A stretch of DNA of 58,347 nt, taken from a virus (taxonomy: Duplodnaviria; Caudoviricetes). The notes under the pieces were generated by a model. The model saw only the letters and a program-made list of their open reading frames with translations, ran no database searches and had not been told where the DNA came from. This document shows, in pieces, positions 1 through 10,815 of the stretch. Within the stretch, counting starts at the first letter, position 1. Each line of letters begins with the position of its first letter. The DNA is taken from positions 1 through 58,347 of IMG/VR virus record IMGVR_UViG_3300009103_001673; one strand, 5' to 3'. A program made the position numbers and the translations under genes.

Positions 1-696
1 AGTGTTTTGAATCAAAACTATGATAACTTTGAATGCATTATCACGGATGATTGTTCTACAGACAATACTGTTGAGATAATTAGTTCATTCATATCTGAAA
101 ATACTGTTGAAGATTATTTTACTCTTCGGAGAAATAAGAAGAGAATGTTTGCGTTGTATAATTTGCATTGCATGATGCTTCAATCGAATGCAGATGATGA
201 AGATGTGTATATTACGTTGGATGGAGATGATTGGTTGAATGGTGATGATGTTTTATCTCGCCTGAATGATATTTACGAACAAGAAAGCTGTTGGCTGACC
301 TATGGAAGTTATGTCATTTATCCGGGTGGTCAGGATTCTTCTTTTCATGTGAACGAATATCCGAAAGAAATTATTGAGTCTGGAGATTTTAGAAAAGATC
401 CCAAGTGGAGAGCAAGTCATCTTCGTTCATTTAAACATAAACTTGCAAGGCAATTGGTTGAAGATGATCTTGTGGATGATGAAGATGGTAGCTATTATCA
501 AATGGCATATGACCATGCGCTCATGTTTCCTTTGATGGAGATGGCCAGAGAACGAATAGCATTTGTTTCAGATATTCTTTATGTTTATAATGACTCTAAT
601 CCGATTAATGTTCATAAGGTGGATAGACAAAAGCAGATTGAGGTGGCAGATAGAATTCGTTTGAATCATTTAAAAAGGGGGAAGATTGAATGGTAA
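1..696 (+). CDS. Glycosyltransferase family 2 (GT-A), 5'-truncated by window
   Basis: Frame open from base 1 (SVLNQNY); IITDDCSTD and LDGDDWL motifs typical of GT2. Confidence 0.9.
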   Translation, partial: SVLNQNYDNFECIITDDCSTDNTVEIISSFISENTVEDYFTLRRNKKRMFALYNLHCMMLQSNADDEDVYITLDGDDWLNGDDVLSRLNDIYEQESCWLTYGSYVIYPGGQDSSFHVNEYPKEIIESGDFRKDPKWRASHLRSFKHKLARQLVEDDLVDDEDGSYYQMAYDHALMFPLMEMARERIAFVSDILYVYNDSNPINVHKVDRQKQIEVADRIRLNHLKRGKIEW

Positions 697-1454
697 CCCT
701 GGATGAAATACGAGATGAATTTTTAAGATTAGAAAAAATTAGAAGAAATAACAATTGGTCTGATCCAAGAGATTCTGATAATTATATATTAGCAACACAT
801 GAATACTCTTTTGGTAATAGAAATTATTATAAAGTGTTGGATGAGAATTATCAAAAATATAAGGATCTTCAAGCCTCACGGGGAATTGAGGATATTGTAG
901 ATCAAGACGTTGAAGAATATCTTGTTACTTTTGAACAATCTGTTTATTTATTGGAGTCCAAAGATAAGGAAAGAATTAATGAACTGGATGCTGTTTTAGA
1001 TTTGGATTCTATTGATTGTTTTGTTGAGCTTGGTTTTCGTACACCAAGGCTTCTAAATTATTGGTCTTCTGAAAAAATTGGAGTAAAGGGATATGATGTT
1101 GTTAAGATCAATGTTATGGTTTCTGAATATTTGGGTTGGGATGCAGAAGAATATGATTTAAGTTTGTGTGAGTATCCTTTTGAATTTGAGGAAAATTCTT
1201 TAATTGTTTCATATCATTGTTTTGAACATATCTGTGATCCATTAATGGCATTGCATAGAGTTTATTCTGACATGAAATCAAATTCTTTTTTTCATATAGA
1301 AGTTCCAATTGAAAATCAGGTCATTCCCAATTTAAGATATGCACATGTGCAAACTTTTCATTCTGGGGATTTAGAATCATTGTTGACGGAAGTTGGTTTT
1401 GAAATTATTAATCATTCGGGTGGCCCCGATGATAGATTTTTGGTTAAGAAATGA
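690..1454 (+). CDS. Class I SAM-dependent methyltransferase-like protein
   Basis: FVELGF motif I-like, SYHCFEHICDP, FHIEVP. Confidence 0.7.
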   Translation: MVTLDEIRDEFLRLEKIRRNNNWSDPRDSDNYILATHEYSFGNRNYYKVLDENYQKYKDLQASRGIEDIVDQDVEEYLVTFEQSVYLLESKDKERINELDAVLDLDSIDCFVELGFRTPRLLNYWSSEKIGVKGYDVVKINVMVSEYLGWDAEEYDLSLCEYPFEFEENSLIVSYHCFEHICDPLMALHRVYSDMKSNSFFHIEVPIENQVIPNLRYAHVQTFHSGDLESLLTEVGFEIINHSGGPDDRFLVKK

Positions 1455-2374
1455 ATGTTTTGTTTGATAATGTGGATTGGAATTCTTCTGCTGGTCCGCA
1501 TTGGTTTGCCCAAAAGTTGGCAGAAAGTTTAAAGAAGAAAGGACATGGAATTAATACGGGGAATGATGATGTTCAATTGTCCATTGTTATGGCATCGCAG
1601 AGAGTTGAAGGATTGCCATTGATTCAACGATTGGATGGTATTTATTATGATACTGCCAAGGATTATGTTCAGATGAATGCACCAATCCGGGCAACCTATG
1701 AAATTGCAGATGGTGTGGTGTTTCAATCGGAATGGAGCAAGAAGTTGGTAGAGTCCCAATTTGGACCGGCAAAGAAATTTGCAATTATTCATAATGGGTC
1801 TGATATTGAAGTGATTCAAAATACTTTGCCAGCAGAGGGATTGGATGCATATGAGAAGGTGTGGTCTTGTGCGTCAAGTTGGTTTTATGAGGATGGAACC
1901 CAGAGATATATAAAACGCCTGGAAGAGAATATTCGTTATTTTCAAGAGCATTCAGGAGAGCGTGATATTCTTTGTGTTGCTGGGGATGTGAGAGATTTTC
2001 AAAATCCCGATGATGATAAGATTCTTTTTTTGGGAGAGATTGATATTCCGAGTTTATTTTCTTTGTATAAACGGTCTGATTATTTTATTCATTTGGGAAG
2101 GTTTGATAATTGTCCGAATGTTGTCGTTGATGCTCGCGCTGCCGGGTGTCATATTATTTGTAGTTCTCTTGGAGGAACAAAAGAAATTGCTGGAATTGAT
2201 GCAACTGTAATTGAAGAAGATGAATGGGACTTTGTTCCGTTTGAATGCAATGTGCCTACTCGTTTAGATTTCACTCGAAAAATAGAGAATACATATGAAT
2301 GGATAACGTGGAGAAAGGTATCAATAGATATTGTTTCTGATAAGTATTTGGAATATTTTGGAAAGTGTGTATGA
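1451..2374 (+). CDS. Glycosyltransferase family 4 (GT-B)
   Basis: QRLDG, IIHNG and DNCPNVVVDARAAG signature; ATGA overlap with upstream gene. Confidence 0.88.
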   Translation: MNVLFDNVDWNSSAGPHWFAQKLAESLKKKGHGINTGNDDVQLSIVMASQRVEGLPLIQRLDGIYYDTAKDYVQMNAPIRATYEIADGVVFQSEWSKKLVESQFGPAKKFAIIHNGSDIEVIQNTLPAEGLDAYEKVWSCASSWFYEDGTQRYIKRLEENIRYFQEHSGERDILCVAGDVRDFQNPDDDKILFLGEIDIPSLFSLYKRSDYFIHLGRFDNCPNVVVDARAAGCHIICSSLGGTKEIAGIDATVIEEDEWDFVPFECNVPTRLDFTRKIENTYEWITWRKVSIDIVSDKYLEYFGKCV

Positions 2375-3408
2375 ATATTATAGTCGTCTTAAAGATGACT
2401 GGAACTGGGTGTGATCCGAATAGTTATGGTTCCCATTATGACCCAGAGCATACAAAACAATGCATTTTGAGTTCTGAATATTTTGGTGTTGATGATAATT
2501 TGCATATCGCAAATCATGCGCCGGGAACAAATAATTATTATGTCGATGTTCTAAACAATAATACAGATATAGATACAATAATTTTCGGAACAATGAATAG
2601 GGAAATATTATCCTTTATCGTCAACAACAGAAAGTATAAAGTCTATACATGGTTTAATGGGCATTGGGATTTTCCTAGTACAGAGTTGTCAACAGACGGG
2701 TTCATGCAGTTTGTGTCAGCCGGGTTTGAGCAGAGTAATATAGTACCGAATCATGAAAGATTATATCATCTTCCTACAGGGTTTCAGCATGATGTACAGA
2801 TAGATCGCATTATTCCAGAATTTCATGTGACGTTTAGCGGAACATTCTTTAGAAATAAAAGACAAATATCTCCACACTATAGGTTTGATGTATTACAATA
2901 TCTCTTAGAACATGGTCTTAGTGTTTTGGTGTTTGATGGTAAGGCTGACAATCCAGAGGAAAAGTATTATATAGATAGACTAAAATCTATCGGTAAAAAT
3001 TTTGAAGTTGTTAATTCTTGGGCATCTCCATCCGACTATCATCGTGGTTACTATGCATTACACTTTCCGTTTCATTACAGCGGCGGAAACGATAAAGGTA
3101 TTGGCACTGTTGCATATGAGAATACAGTTTGGTTTCATAACTGGGATATTTTTAGAATACTTGGTTCCGGCTGTAATTTAGTTACATATGATTGTGTGGA
3201 ATTAAGAGGTCTTGGTTTAAACGATGATAATTGTTTATTTTATAAAAATAATCCTTTGAATGTGAATGGTATGTGTGAGGATATTTTTGATCTAGTTTTA
3301 TCTGAGACTAGAAAACAAATCCCTGTTGAGGTGTCTAGCAAACATAGTTATGCTAATAGGTGGAATTTTATATTATCTAAGGTGAGCAAGAATGAAAATT
3401 TACTTTAA
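2371..3408 (+). CDS. Divergent GT-B glycosyltransferase-like protein (CgeB/Glyco_trans_1_2-like)
   Basis: VTFSGT, DIFRILGSG and C-terminal KHSYANRW motif; ATGA overlap; cluster context. Confidence 0.55.
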   Translation: MNIIVVLKMTGTGCDPNSYGSHYDPEHTKQCILSSEYFGVDDNLHIANHAPGTNNYYVDVLNNNTDIDTIIFGTMNREILSFIVNNRKYKVYTWFNGHWDFPSTELSTDGFMQFVSAGFEQSNIVPNHERLYHLPTGFQHDVQIDRIIPEFHVTFSGTFFRNKRQISPHYRFDVLQYLLEHGLSVLVFDGKADNPEEKYYIDRLKSIGKNFEVVNSWASPSDYHRGYYALHFPFHYSGGNDKGIGTVAYENTVWFHNWDIFRILGSGCNLVTYDCVELRGLGLNDDNCLFYKNNPLNVNGMCEDIFDLVLSETRKQIPVEVSSKHSYANRWNFILSKVSKNENLL

Positions 3409-4291
3409 CCGAAAACCTGTCTCTGGACCTTGGGGCGGTGGAAACAAGACAGTAAACTCTTTGGTAAATAGGCTTCATGATAATGTTGTCTTCGACTTAG
3501 AGGATGATGTTGACATTATATTTTGTGTAGACCCAAGACCAAATGAAGATGGATTATGGTATCAGGACTTTTTAGATCATAAATCAAAATTTGGATCTAA
3601 AATAATTCAACGAGTTGGTGATGTGGGTACACACGGAAAACCAGAGCTAACTGATCTTGTAAAACAAAGTATTCATTATTCCGACCTTTGTGTTTTTCCA
3701 AGCCAATGGGCATTTGAGTATGTTAATGCTTCAACAAATTCTATAGTTATTCCTAATGGACCGCTTTCTGATTTTTATCAGTTTCGGAATCAAAGTTTAA
3801 AAATATCTAAACCTATACGGGTCGTTACTCATCATTGGTCTGATAACGACAAAAAAGGATTTGATATTTATAGTTCTTTTAAAGATTTTGTTGATGAAGA
3901 TTTTTATTTTACATATATCGGAAGATATTCAAATAAGTATTCTAAAGATGGTATTGATTTTATTGAACCAATAGATACAGAATCATTAAAATCAATTCTT
4001 CCAGAACACGATGTATATTTGACAGCCTCTCAAGAAGAAGCTGGGGCCAATCATGTACTGGAAGCTATGGCGAGTGGGCTTCCTGTGGTTTATAGATCCG
4101 GTGGTGGAAGTATTGATGAGTATTGTTCGGATGAGTTTGGATGTGTATCATATGAAGGACTTGGGGATTTGTCCACTATTTTGAATGCTGTTGTTGATAA
4201 TTATGAACTATATAAAAACAAAGTTTTAAATTATCAAAGAACTAACGAAGATTTGGTTGATGAATATCTGGAGGTTATTGGGAATGTATAA
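3392..4291 (+). CDS. Glycosyltransferase family 4 (GT-B)
   Basis: GPWGGGN N-terminus, EAGANHVLEAMASGLPVVY. Confidence 0.9.
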   Translation: MKIYFNRKPVSGPWGGGNKTVNSLVNRLHDNVVFDLEDDVDIIFCVDPRPNEDGLWYQDFLDHKSKFGSKIIQRVGDVGTHGKPELTDLVKQSIHYSDLCVFPSQWAFEYVNASTNSIVIPNGPLSDFYQFRNQSLKISKPIRVVTHHWSDNDKKGFDIYSSFKDFVDEDFYFTYIGRYSNKYSKDGIDFIEPIDTESLKSILPEHDVYLTASQEEAGANHVLEAMASGLPVVYRSGGGSIDEYCSDEFGCVSYEGLGDLSTILNAVVDNYELYKNKVLNYQRTNEDLVDEYLEVIGNV

Positions 4292-4997
4292 AGTCAATAT
4301 AAGCATTGATGATATCACACCACACCCACATTCATCTATAGCAGTTTTGGATAGATGTTTTGAGTTGATTGATATTTTTCCAGATATTAAGTTTACGTTA
4401 TTTATTCCTATTGCGTATTATAGAACAATTCCGAGTCCTTCACGATCCGTTTGTGAAGATCCCATGTATATTGATTTGTTTCCAGATTTTTGTGAAAGGC
4501 TTTTAGAATTATCTGATAATAATTTTGAGTTAGGTTATCATGGATTATATCATGGGATATCGGGAGAGACAAATAACGATGAATTTCGTTCCTTGAGTTA
4601 TAATGAGACGTATGAAAAATTTAAAGAGATGTTTGATGTTTGTGAAAACGCCGGGATTATCAATAAGATGAAGCCAATCTTTAGGCCGCCTGCATGGAAA
4701 ATGTCTCCTGAGTCTATCCATGCGTTGCGGGATTGTGGTATTAATATTTTTGCATTACATTCTTCTTCTGAATATATGAACATATATAAAAGTGAACAAA
4801 AGAAAAAAAATGATGTTGTGTATGCAACTTGTTATCCCCCACACGAAAAACTTAAACTGACCAATAAAACCGAAATTGTGTATCATGCGTGTGATTGGGA
4901 TAGAAATTATTTGAGTGAAGATTTGTGTGTATCTTTGGAAGAATTTTTAAATTCTTCTGATAATTATGAATTTTGTTTTATGAAGCAAATGTTATAG
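4284..4997 (+). CDS. Polysaccharide deacetylase-like (NodB fold / DUF2334-like)
   Basis: ISIDD, ELGYHGLYH, FRPPAW motifs; GGAGG at 4270-4274 supports ATG 4284. Confidence 0.8.
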   Translation: MYKVNISIDDITPHPHSSIAVLDRCFELIDIFPDIKFTLFIPIAYYRTIPSPSRSVCEDPMYIDLFPDFCERLLELSDNNFELGYHGLYHGISGETNNDEFRSLSYNETYEKFKEMFDVCENAGIINKMKPIFRPPAWKMSPESIHALRDCGINIFALHSSSEYMNIYKSEQKKKNDVVYATCYPPHEKLKLTNKTEIVYHACDWDRNYLSEDLCVSLEEFLNSSDNYEFCFMKQML

Positions 4998-5006
4998 GAG
5001 ATTATT

Positions 5007-5870
5007 ATGCGTAATTGGGGTGAATTTATTTCACGATTTTCTTTAGAGTCTTTTCATGACCCCGATCTGGTTAGAGATTATGTTAATTTTTTTGAATTTG
5101 ATAAGTTTGTTTTTAACTGCGATGAGGATTCAATTCCATCAAAACAGGAATCTTTAGGATCACATATGATTTCGGTTATTCCGAATGAAAGCAAACCGTT
5201 TGAAATAAAGTATGATGATCTGGCTCGTTTGCATTATCTCATTTTAAAAAGAAAAGTATTAATAACACTTGAATTTGGTAGTGGATATTCGACTGTTATA
5301 ATTGCTCATGCGAATTCAATTTTAATGAGTGATTTTTATGATTTGATTAAGGATGAGGTTCGGGTGGATAATCCGTTTCATGTATATGCTATAGAAGAAG
5401 AACAAAGATTTTTAGAAACATCTCAAAAAAGATTAAGTGATGCTTCTCTAGCTTTATTTGCGACTGTTTCTAGGAGTTCTGTGGATATGATTTTGCATGA
5501 TGGTCGGATCGCTTCAGTTTATTCTCGTTTGCCAAATGTTTCACCAGATTTTATATACCTAGATGGCCCATCTCAATATGCAACAACAACTGATATGAAT
5601 GGCTTTAATTTCAATAGTCCCTGTCGAATGCCAATGTCCGCAGATATACTTCGATTTGAGTTCTTTTTGGAACCGGGAACATTGATTTTAATTGACGGCA
5701 GAACAGCAAACGCGAGGTTTTTGCGTTCATATCTAAAGAGAAATTGGAACTATATTCATGATCCTGTTGGTGATGTTCATTATCTTGAATTGGTAGAAAC
5801 ACCATTGGGTAAACATAATAAAGCTAAGATTGATTTTTGTCTTGGTAGTTCTTTTTATGAGAATCTTTAA
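5007..5870 (+). CDS. SAM-dependent methyltransferase-like protein
   Basis: LEFGSGYST, FIYLDGP, ILIDGR motifs; AGGAG RBS. Confidence 0.7.
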   Translation: MRNWGEFISRFSLESFHDPDLVRDYVNFFEFDKFVFNCDEDSIPSKQESLGSHMISVIPNESKPFEIKYDDLARLHYLILKRKVLITLEFGSGYSTVIIAHANSILMSDFYDLIKDEVRVDNPFHVYAIEEEQRFLETSQKRLSDASLALFATVSRSSVDMILHDGRIASVYSRLPNVSPDFIYLDGPSQYATTTDMNGFNFNSPCRMPMSADILRFEFFLEPGTLILIDGRTANARFLRSYLKRNWNYIHDPVGDVHYLELVETPLGKHNKAKIDFCLGSSFYENL

Positions 5871-6481
5871 TGGGCAGAACAAATTTCATAATAATTCCTT
5901 GGTATAAATCGTTAATAAAACCTAAAGGGGATGTTGCCCTTCTTGGTTTCTCTGATAATAGTTTATTCTCTGGCGATTTGTATGATCGTGTTTTGGGTAA
6001 TTGGGATATAAACTCTGATTGGGAGTTGCCTAAGATGTACGATACGATCATATGCACCCGATGTGCTTATTTCTCATATCGACCAGAAGAGTTTATTATC
6101 AAGTGTCACAGATATTTAAATGATGATGGACTTCTTTTTGTTGACTGGGGATTGGGCGACCATTGGAGATTTCCTAATTATAAAGTTGGGTGGAGAAAAG
6201 ACGGAGAGCATGAATATGCCTATGGTGAGGATAACTACTTGTGGTCAACAGTTTGGGATGAAGGGTTTTTGAATAATGATCAGTATCAGCTATTTCAAAA
6301 TCGAATTTTAAAATTTGGGTACGAAGATGTATCAAGAGCAATTCATCAAGAAGTTCCCTCAGTGATGCATCTAAATTTTGTTCAGCATCATTTTAATGTT
6401 GATGTAAATCTTTTAAGTTGCTGGGAAGATAGACCGCAACTATATATTTTGATTAGTGGAATTAAGAGGAGTTTTGATTAA
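5870..6481 (+). CDS. Short methyltransferase-fold protein
   Basis: YDTIICTRCAYF and LNDDGLLFVDW resemble class I MTase core strands. Confidence 0.5.
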   Translation: MGRTNFIIIPWYKSLIKPKGDVALLGFSDNSLFSGDLYDRVLGNWDINSDWELPKMYDTIICTRCAYFSYRPEEFIIKCHRYLNDDGLLFVDWGLGDHWRFPNYKVGWRKDGEHEYAYGEDNYLWSTVWDEGFLNNDQYQLFQNRILKFGYEDVSRAIHQEVPSVMHLNFVQHHFNVDVNLLSCWEDRPQLYILISGIKRSFD

Positions 6482-7074
6482 TGTCTGATTTAGAAACAGA
6501 TCGGTATTATAAGCTTGAGACACATGTAGATGAAATACTTTTAGATTCTTATAGAGATGCTCAGATAAAAAGACACTCCATAAAATCTCAAAAGACAAGA
6601 GATGCATCTTATTATGAAAAAATTTCTGAAAAAATTATATCAAATACAGATTCTGTATACGAGATGATTTGTTTAGGTACAAGAAATAACCATGAACGAG
6701 AATGCTTTAGAGATTTTTTGAATAATGAGTTCGTGTATTCTTTAGATATTGCCGAAGACTCTGGCAGTGATTATATTTGCGATTTTAATTTCTTGCCCGA
6801 TCATTGGTCGGATAAGTGGGATGTTTTGTTTTCAAATTCTATTGATCATGCGATAAGTGCGACAGATGTATTTTTTGAGTGGATTCGTGTTGTAAAGCCG
6901 AATGGTATTTTAGTGATTGGTTTTGATTTAACTACAACAGGTGTGGTTGAATCGGATTGCAATACCTTTACAAAAGATTCGGTCAATTCGTTTTTTGTTG
7001 ACCAGTCTGACCTTGTTGAAATTGTTGATGTTATTGAATGTGGCTATTATCATGTTATAGCAAGGAAGTTGTAA
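6481..7074 (+). CDS. SAM-dependent methyltransferase-like protein
   Basis: MICLGTRN, WDVLFSNSIDHA, RVVKPNGILVI. Confidence 0.7.
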   Translation: MSDLETDRYYKLETHVDEILLDSYRDAQIKRHSIKSQKTRDASYYEKISEKIISNTDSVYEMICLGTRNNHERECFRDFLNNEFVYSLDIAEDSGSDYICDFNFLPDHWSDKWDVLFSNSIDHAISATDVFFEWIRVVKPNGILVIGFDLTTTGVVESDCNTFTKDSVNSFFVDQSDLVEIVDVIECGYYHVIARKL

Positions 7075-7076
7075 TT

Positions 7077-8192
7077 ATGAAATATGATGTTGTTTTGTAT
7101 TTTGCTGGCGTCGAGCATTCTCATGTCCACAAGTATTTAAGTTTACATAAGAAGTTATCCAGTAAGTGTAAATCGCTTTTATTAATCTCTAATACTAGGT
7201 GGGGAATATCTAATGATAGCTTGGTGTCGAACTATGGTCAGCATTTAGATGATGATATTATTTCGGTTAATGATGATGAAGCAGTTTCCATATTAAAAAG
7301 CTATCAGTATCGTTTGGGTGTATTTTCTTCTTCTTTTAGAAAACATAATTTTGGTAGTATAAACAATCGCGATATATTAGCATCAAAATCAAGGGGCATT
7401 AAAACGATTCAAATTTGTGAAATGCCTGTTATGGATTTTTATTACGCAGGTGCTGATATTGTTAGTTTGGTTTCTCCGCATTTTATTGGATTGTCTGATA
7501 GGCTTTTTTCTTGTAGTAATGTAATATTTTCTAATGCTTTATTGTGGGATGATATAGACACATGCTTACCTTATAAACTGACAAAGAATGAATTTTTAGA
7601 TAAATATGATTTAGTTGATGATAAGCCTATAATTCTTTGGTGTCCAAGCTCTGCTCATTCTCATGTTGACCCAAGATTTGGGAAAAGGCAACAGGATGTT
7701 TATAGGCACGTTTGCAGCTTAGATAATGTTTTAATTAAATTACATCCAAATGAATTTCGTAGACATAAAACTGAAAGACTCAATAATAAATGGACATATG
7801 ATTTATATGCAGAAAATCCTGTTAGGGTTTTAGAACAGATAGATACCCATTGGGCAATGAAGTATTTAGATTATGTTGTTGCGTATCAAACAAGTCTTGG
7901 GATGCATTCAGCACTATATAGAAAGCCTTCTATTTATGTTAATGTAGATGAGAAAAATCTTTTGTTTGCGCCGGGAGTCCAAGGATGTGGTCTTGAATTA
8001 TGGGGGGATAAATTCATATGGGCAGGCACAAGTTGTAAATTAGAAGAATTGCAAGATGTTGTAAATTCTGGTTTTTCGTTGTCAGACGATCAGTATGATG
8101 AACATTTAAGCAAATTGTTATATAACAAAGACCGAACTGCGATAAATATAATGTCGGACCAATTTTTGGAAATTATTAAAAATGAAACTTGA
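7077..8192 (+). CDS. GT-B fold transferase (CDP-glycerol glycerophosphotransferase / sialyltransferase-like)
   Basis: IILWCPS, IKLHPNE, TSLGMHSALYRKPSIYVN. Confidence 0.6.
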   Translation: MKYDVVLYFAGVEHSHVHKYLSLHKKLSSKCKSLLLISNTRWGISNDSLVSNYGQHLDDDIISVNDDEAVSILKSYQYRLGVFSSSFRKHNFGSINNRDILASKSRGIKTIQICEMPVMDFYYAGADIVSLVSPHFIGLSDRLFSCSNVIFSNALLWDDIDTCLPYKLTKNEFLDKYDLVDDKPIILWCPSSAHSHVDPRFGKRQQDVYRHVCSLDNVLIKLHPNEFRRHKTERLNNKWTYDLYAENPVRVLEQIDTHWAMKYLDYVVAYQTSLGMHSALYRKPSIYVNVDEKNLLFAPGVQGCGLELWGDKFIWAGTSCKLEELQDVVNSGFSLSDDQYDEHLSKLLYNKDRTAINIMSDQFLEIIKNET

Positions 8193-9828
8193 TGATATAA
8201 AAATTACATTTATCAATATGCCTCTTAGAGAAACTGCTTCTCCTAATGTTCCGCCAGAGGGACCAGCTATACTTGCATCTATAGTTCGACAATATGGTGG
8301 AGAACCTTCTATTGTTGATTTAAATGCGTATCGAATTAAGGATGACTTAGCAAAAAAACGTGGATTACAAAACGGAAGACACCTTACATATGACGAAACC
8401 AGAGATTTAATTCGCCAGCATCTAAACAATGTTGGAGATCAAGATGTAATTGCATTTTCTGGAAAGATTACCACATTGCGTTGGCAAGAAGAGATTGTAA
8501 AAATTGTACGAGAAGAACAGCCGGATTCTTTTTTGGTTACTGGGAATGGCTTGGCAACGGAAATTAATCGTGGTTTATTTAATTGGATTCCTGAGTTGGA
8601 TGCAATTGGTCGATCAGAAGGTGATGACATTATTATTAATATATGTCAAGACGCAAAAATAATTAGAGACATGGGATGGTCGAAGGCAATTAAGTCTGGA
8701 AAACTTAGTGAGTTTTTTATTGATGATATTAATGGCAGACCAAGATTTGTTTATGAGGGTGATCGACCAAAAGATTTAGATTCTATTCCATATGCTGCAT
8801 GGGATCTTTTGGAATCTGATCCATATGGACATAATGTTTTAGAGGATTATATTAAAGTTCCTGTTTGGGGAACTGAAGCAAATAATAGTTCTGCAACTCC
8901 ATTTAGAATGAAAAGGAGTTTAACAACAGTTAGTAGTCGTGGTTGTCCATATGCCTGTGCTTTTTGTTATCGCGGATCACAGGGAGAGCGAAATTATGGA
9001 ATGCGCTCACCAGAACATTTGGCAATACAGATTAGAAGATATGTCAACGATTATGATTTAGATTTTATTGGATTTCCTGATGATAATTTTGCAGTAGATA
9101 AAAAACGAATTGCAAAAATGTCTGATGTTTTTGATGCTTGGGGTATTGGCCATGTTCGTTGGGGCACTCATACTCGAATGGATGAAGCAGATGATCGGTT
9201 TATAGATATGGCAAAATCTGGTTGTGTGTATGTTGGGTTTGGTGCAGAATCCGCTGATGAGCATACTTTAACTTTGATGAACAAAGGCGGATTTATTCTT
9301 AGGAATGGAATGACACCAACAAAAATAAATGGTAGTTTATATAATTTTCCTAACACAATGATGAATGCTGTAAGGAATTGTAGAGATACAAATATACATG
9401 GAAATTGTACATGGATTATGGGGTATCCCGGTGAGGAACTAAAGCACCTAAAAACAAGTGTGGCATTCATTAAATGGCAACAGGAGTTTTGGACAAATGG
9501 CTTGGTTGCGGGGACGGAAGAATATCAAAATGCGTATGATTCTGTAAATAGGAGAATGTTCACTGCCACAGCATATCCGGGTACAGAGATGTGGAGGGTG
9601 GTTAAGGATAAACTGACAGAATATTATGATATATCATTTGATAAATACCTGCAACCGATTTGTGATGATAAATTTCATGCTTACGTTTTGGAATTGGATG
9701 ATGCGACAAAGGTATTGAATGATAAAAATGGCAATCCAATTAACTTTGGAAACATGCCTATGGATGATTTTCTACAAGCTAGAGAATATGTAAACTCAGA
9801 CCAGATTGAAAAGATATTGGAGATGTGA
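8182..9828 (+). CDS. Cobalamin-binding radical SAM protein
   Basis: SRGCPYACAFC (CxxxCxxC), DDNF, GAES, N-terminal B12-binding-like domain. Confidence 0.92.
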   Translation: MKLDDIKITFINMPLRETASPNVPPEGPAILASIVRQYGGEPSIVDLNAYRIKDDLAKKRGLQNGRHLTYDETRDLIRQHLNNVGDQDVIAFSGKITTLRWQEEIVKIVREEQPDSFLVTGNGLATEINRGLFNWIPELDAIGRSEGDDIIINICQDAKIIRDMGWSKAIKSGKLSEFFIDDINGRPRFVYEGDRPKDLDSIPYAAWDLLESDPYGHNVLEDYIKVPVWGTEANNSSATPFRMKRSLTTVSSRGCPYACAFCYRGSQGERNYGMRSPEHLAIQIRRYVNDYDLDFIGFPDDNFAVDKKRIAKMSDVFDAWGIGHVRWGTHTRMDEADDRFIDMAKSGCVYVGFGAESADEHTLTLMNKGGFILRNGMTPTKINGSLYNFPNTMMNAVRNCRDTNIHGNCTWIMGYPGEELKHLKTSVAFIKWQQEFWTNGLVAGTEEYQNAYDSVNRRMFTATAYPGTEMWRVVKDKLTEYYDISFDKYLQPICDDKFHAYVLELDDATKVLNDKNGNPINFGNMPMDDFLQAREYVNSDQIEKILEM

Positions 9829-9829
9829 G

Positions 9830-10813
9830 ATGAATTTTGTTTTGCTTGAGATGACGTTTTTACGGTATTTTGCTCCGCTTATTATTGAAGGCAATCGGAG
9901 GGGTATTAAATCTAAAATTTATGTGGGGTGGAGAACTTTTGATAAGTATAATAGTCCATATAAGCATGAGGAATACTTTAGGCAGTTTTCAGAAAAATAT
10001 GATGTTGATCTTATAGATATTTCTAAGTGGTCTAGTAACGATGGAAAAATTACGTTTTTCATTGAGGGTGTTGGTTTACATAATGGTCCCAATATCAGAA
10101 AAACAAATCCAGATCAACTTTTTGTTTCTATCACTTCTATGGCAGATTATGAAGCATTATATTCAAGGTATGTAAACCTGTGTGATTATGTGTGTTTCCC
10201 AAGTAGAACATTTGCTGATGAGTTTGGTTTGCATAACGATAAAAATTTATACTTAGGTAGTCCAAAATATGATTGTCTGGATGATTTATCACAAGTTGAT
10301 TATCTTGGAGATTCTAAAGTGGCTTTAGTTATGTACCCGTCACCGCTTAGGGTTCCTTTTATTAATATGCATAATATCTTAAATCTTTTGAAAAAAAATA
10401 ATTTTGAAATTTGGATGAAAGCTAGAGCTAAAAATCCTGTCAATGATGCGAATTTACATGGAGATAGGTATTTTGTAGAAGAGTCTTGGTATCCACACTA
10501 TACCTTGGATTTAATTAATCAGTGTGATTTGGTTGTTAATATAGACTCGTCTACGATAAAAGAAAGCACAATTTTAGAAAAACCCATGTTGAATTTTAAT
10601 GTCAAAAAGGTAAAACGAGTTTATGATTTTCTTTTTGATTGTGATCATTGTGTAGATTTAGATTCAAATTCTGATGATCAGGCGATAGACAGTTCTATTG
10701 AACTTTTACTTAATACTGATTATAAAAAATCATATAGAGATGCAAAAGAAAAATATTTATGGACGGGTAATGCATCTAAAACTATTTTAAACCATTTTAA
10801 TATTGGAGTTTAG
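9830..10813 (+). CDS. GT-B fold transferase (glycerophosphotransferase / sialyltransferase-like)
   Basis: GSPKYD, DLVVNIDSSTIKESTILEKP, GNASKTI; immediately upstream of neuA. Confidence 0.55.
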   Translation: MNFVLLEMTFLRYFAPLIIEGNRRGIKSKIYVGWRTFDKYNSPYKHEEYFRQFSEKYDVDLIDISKWSSNDGKITFFIEGVGLHNGPNIRKTNPDQLFVSITSMADYEALYSRYVNLCDYVCFPSRTFADEFGLHNDKNLYLGSPKYDCLDDLSQVDYLGDSKVALVMYPSPLRVPFINMHNILNLLKKNNFEIWMKARAKNPVNDANLHGDRYFVEESWYPHYTLDLINQCDLVVNIDSSTIKESTILEKPMLNFNVKKVKRVYDFLFDCDHCVDLDSNSDDQAIDSSIELLLNTDYKKSYRDAKEKYLWTGNASKTILNHFNIGV

Positions 10814-10815
10814 AC

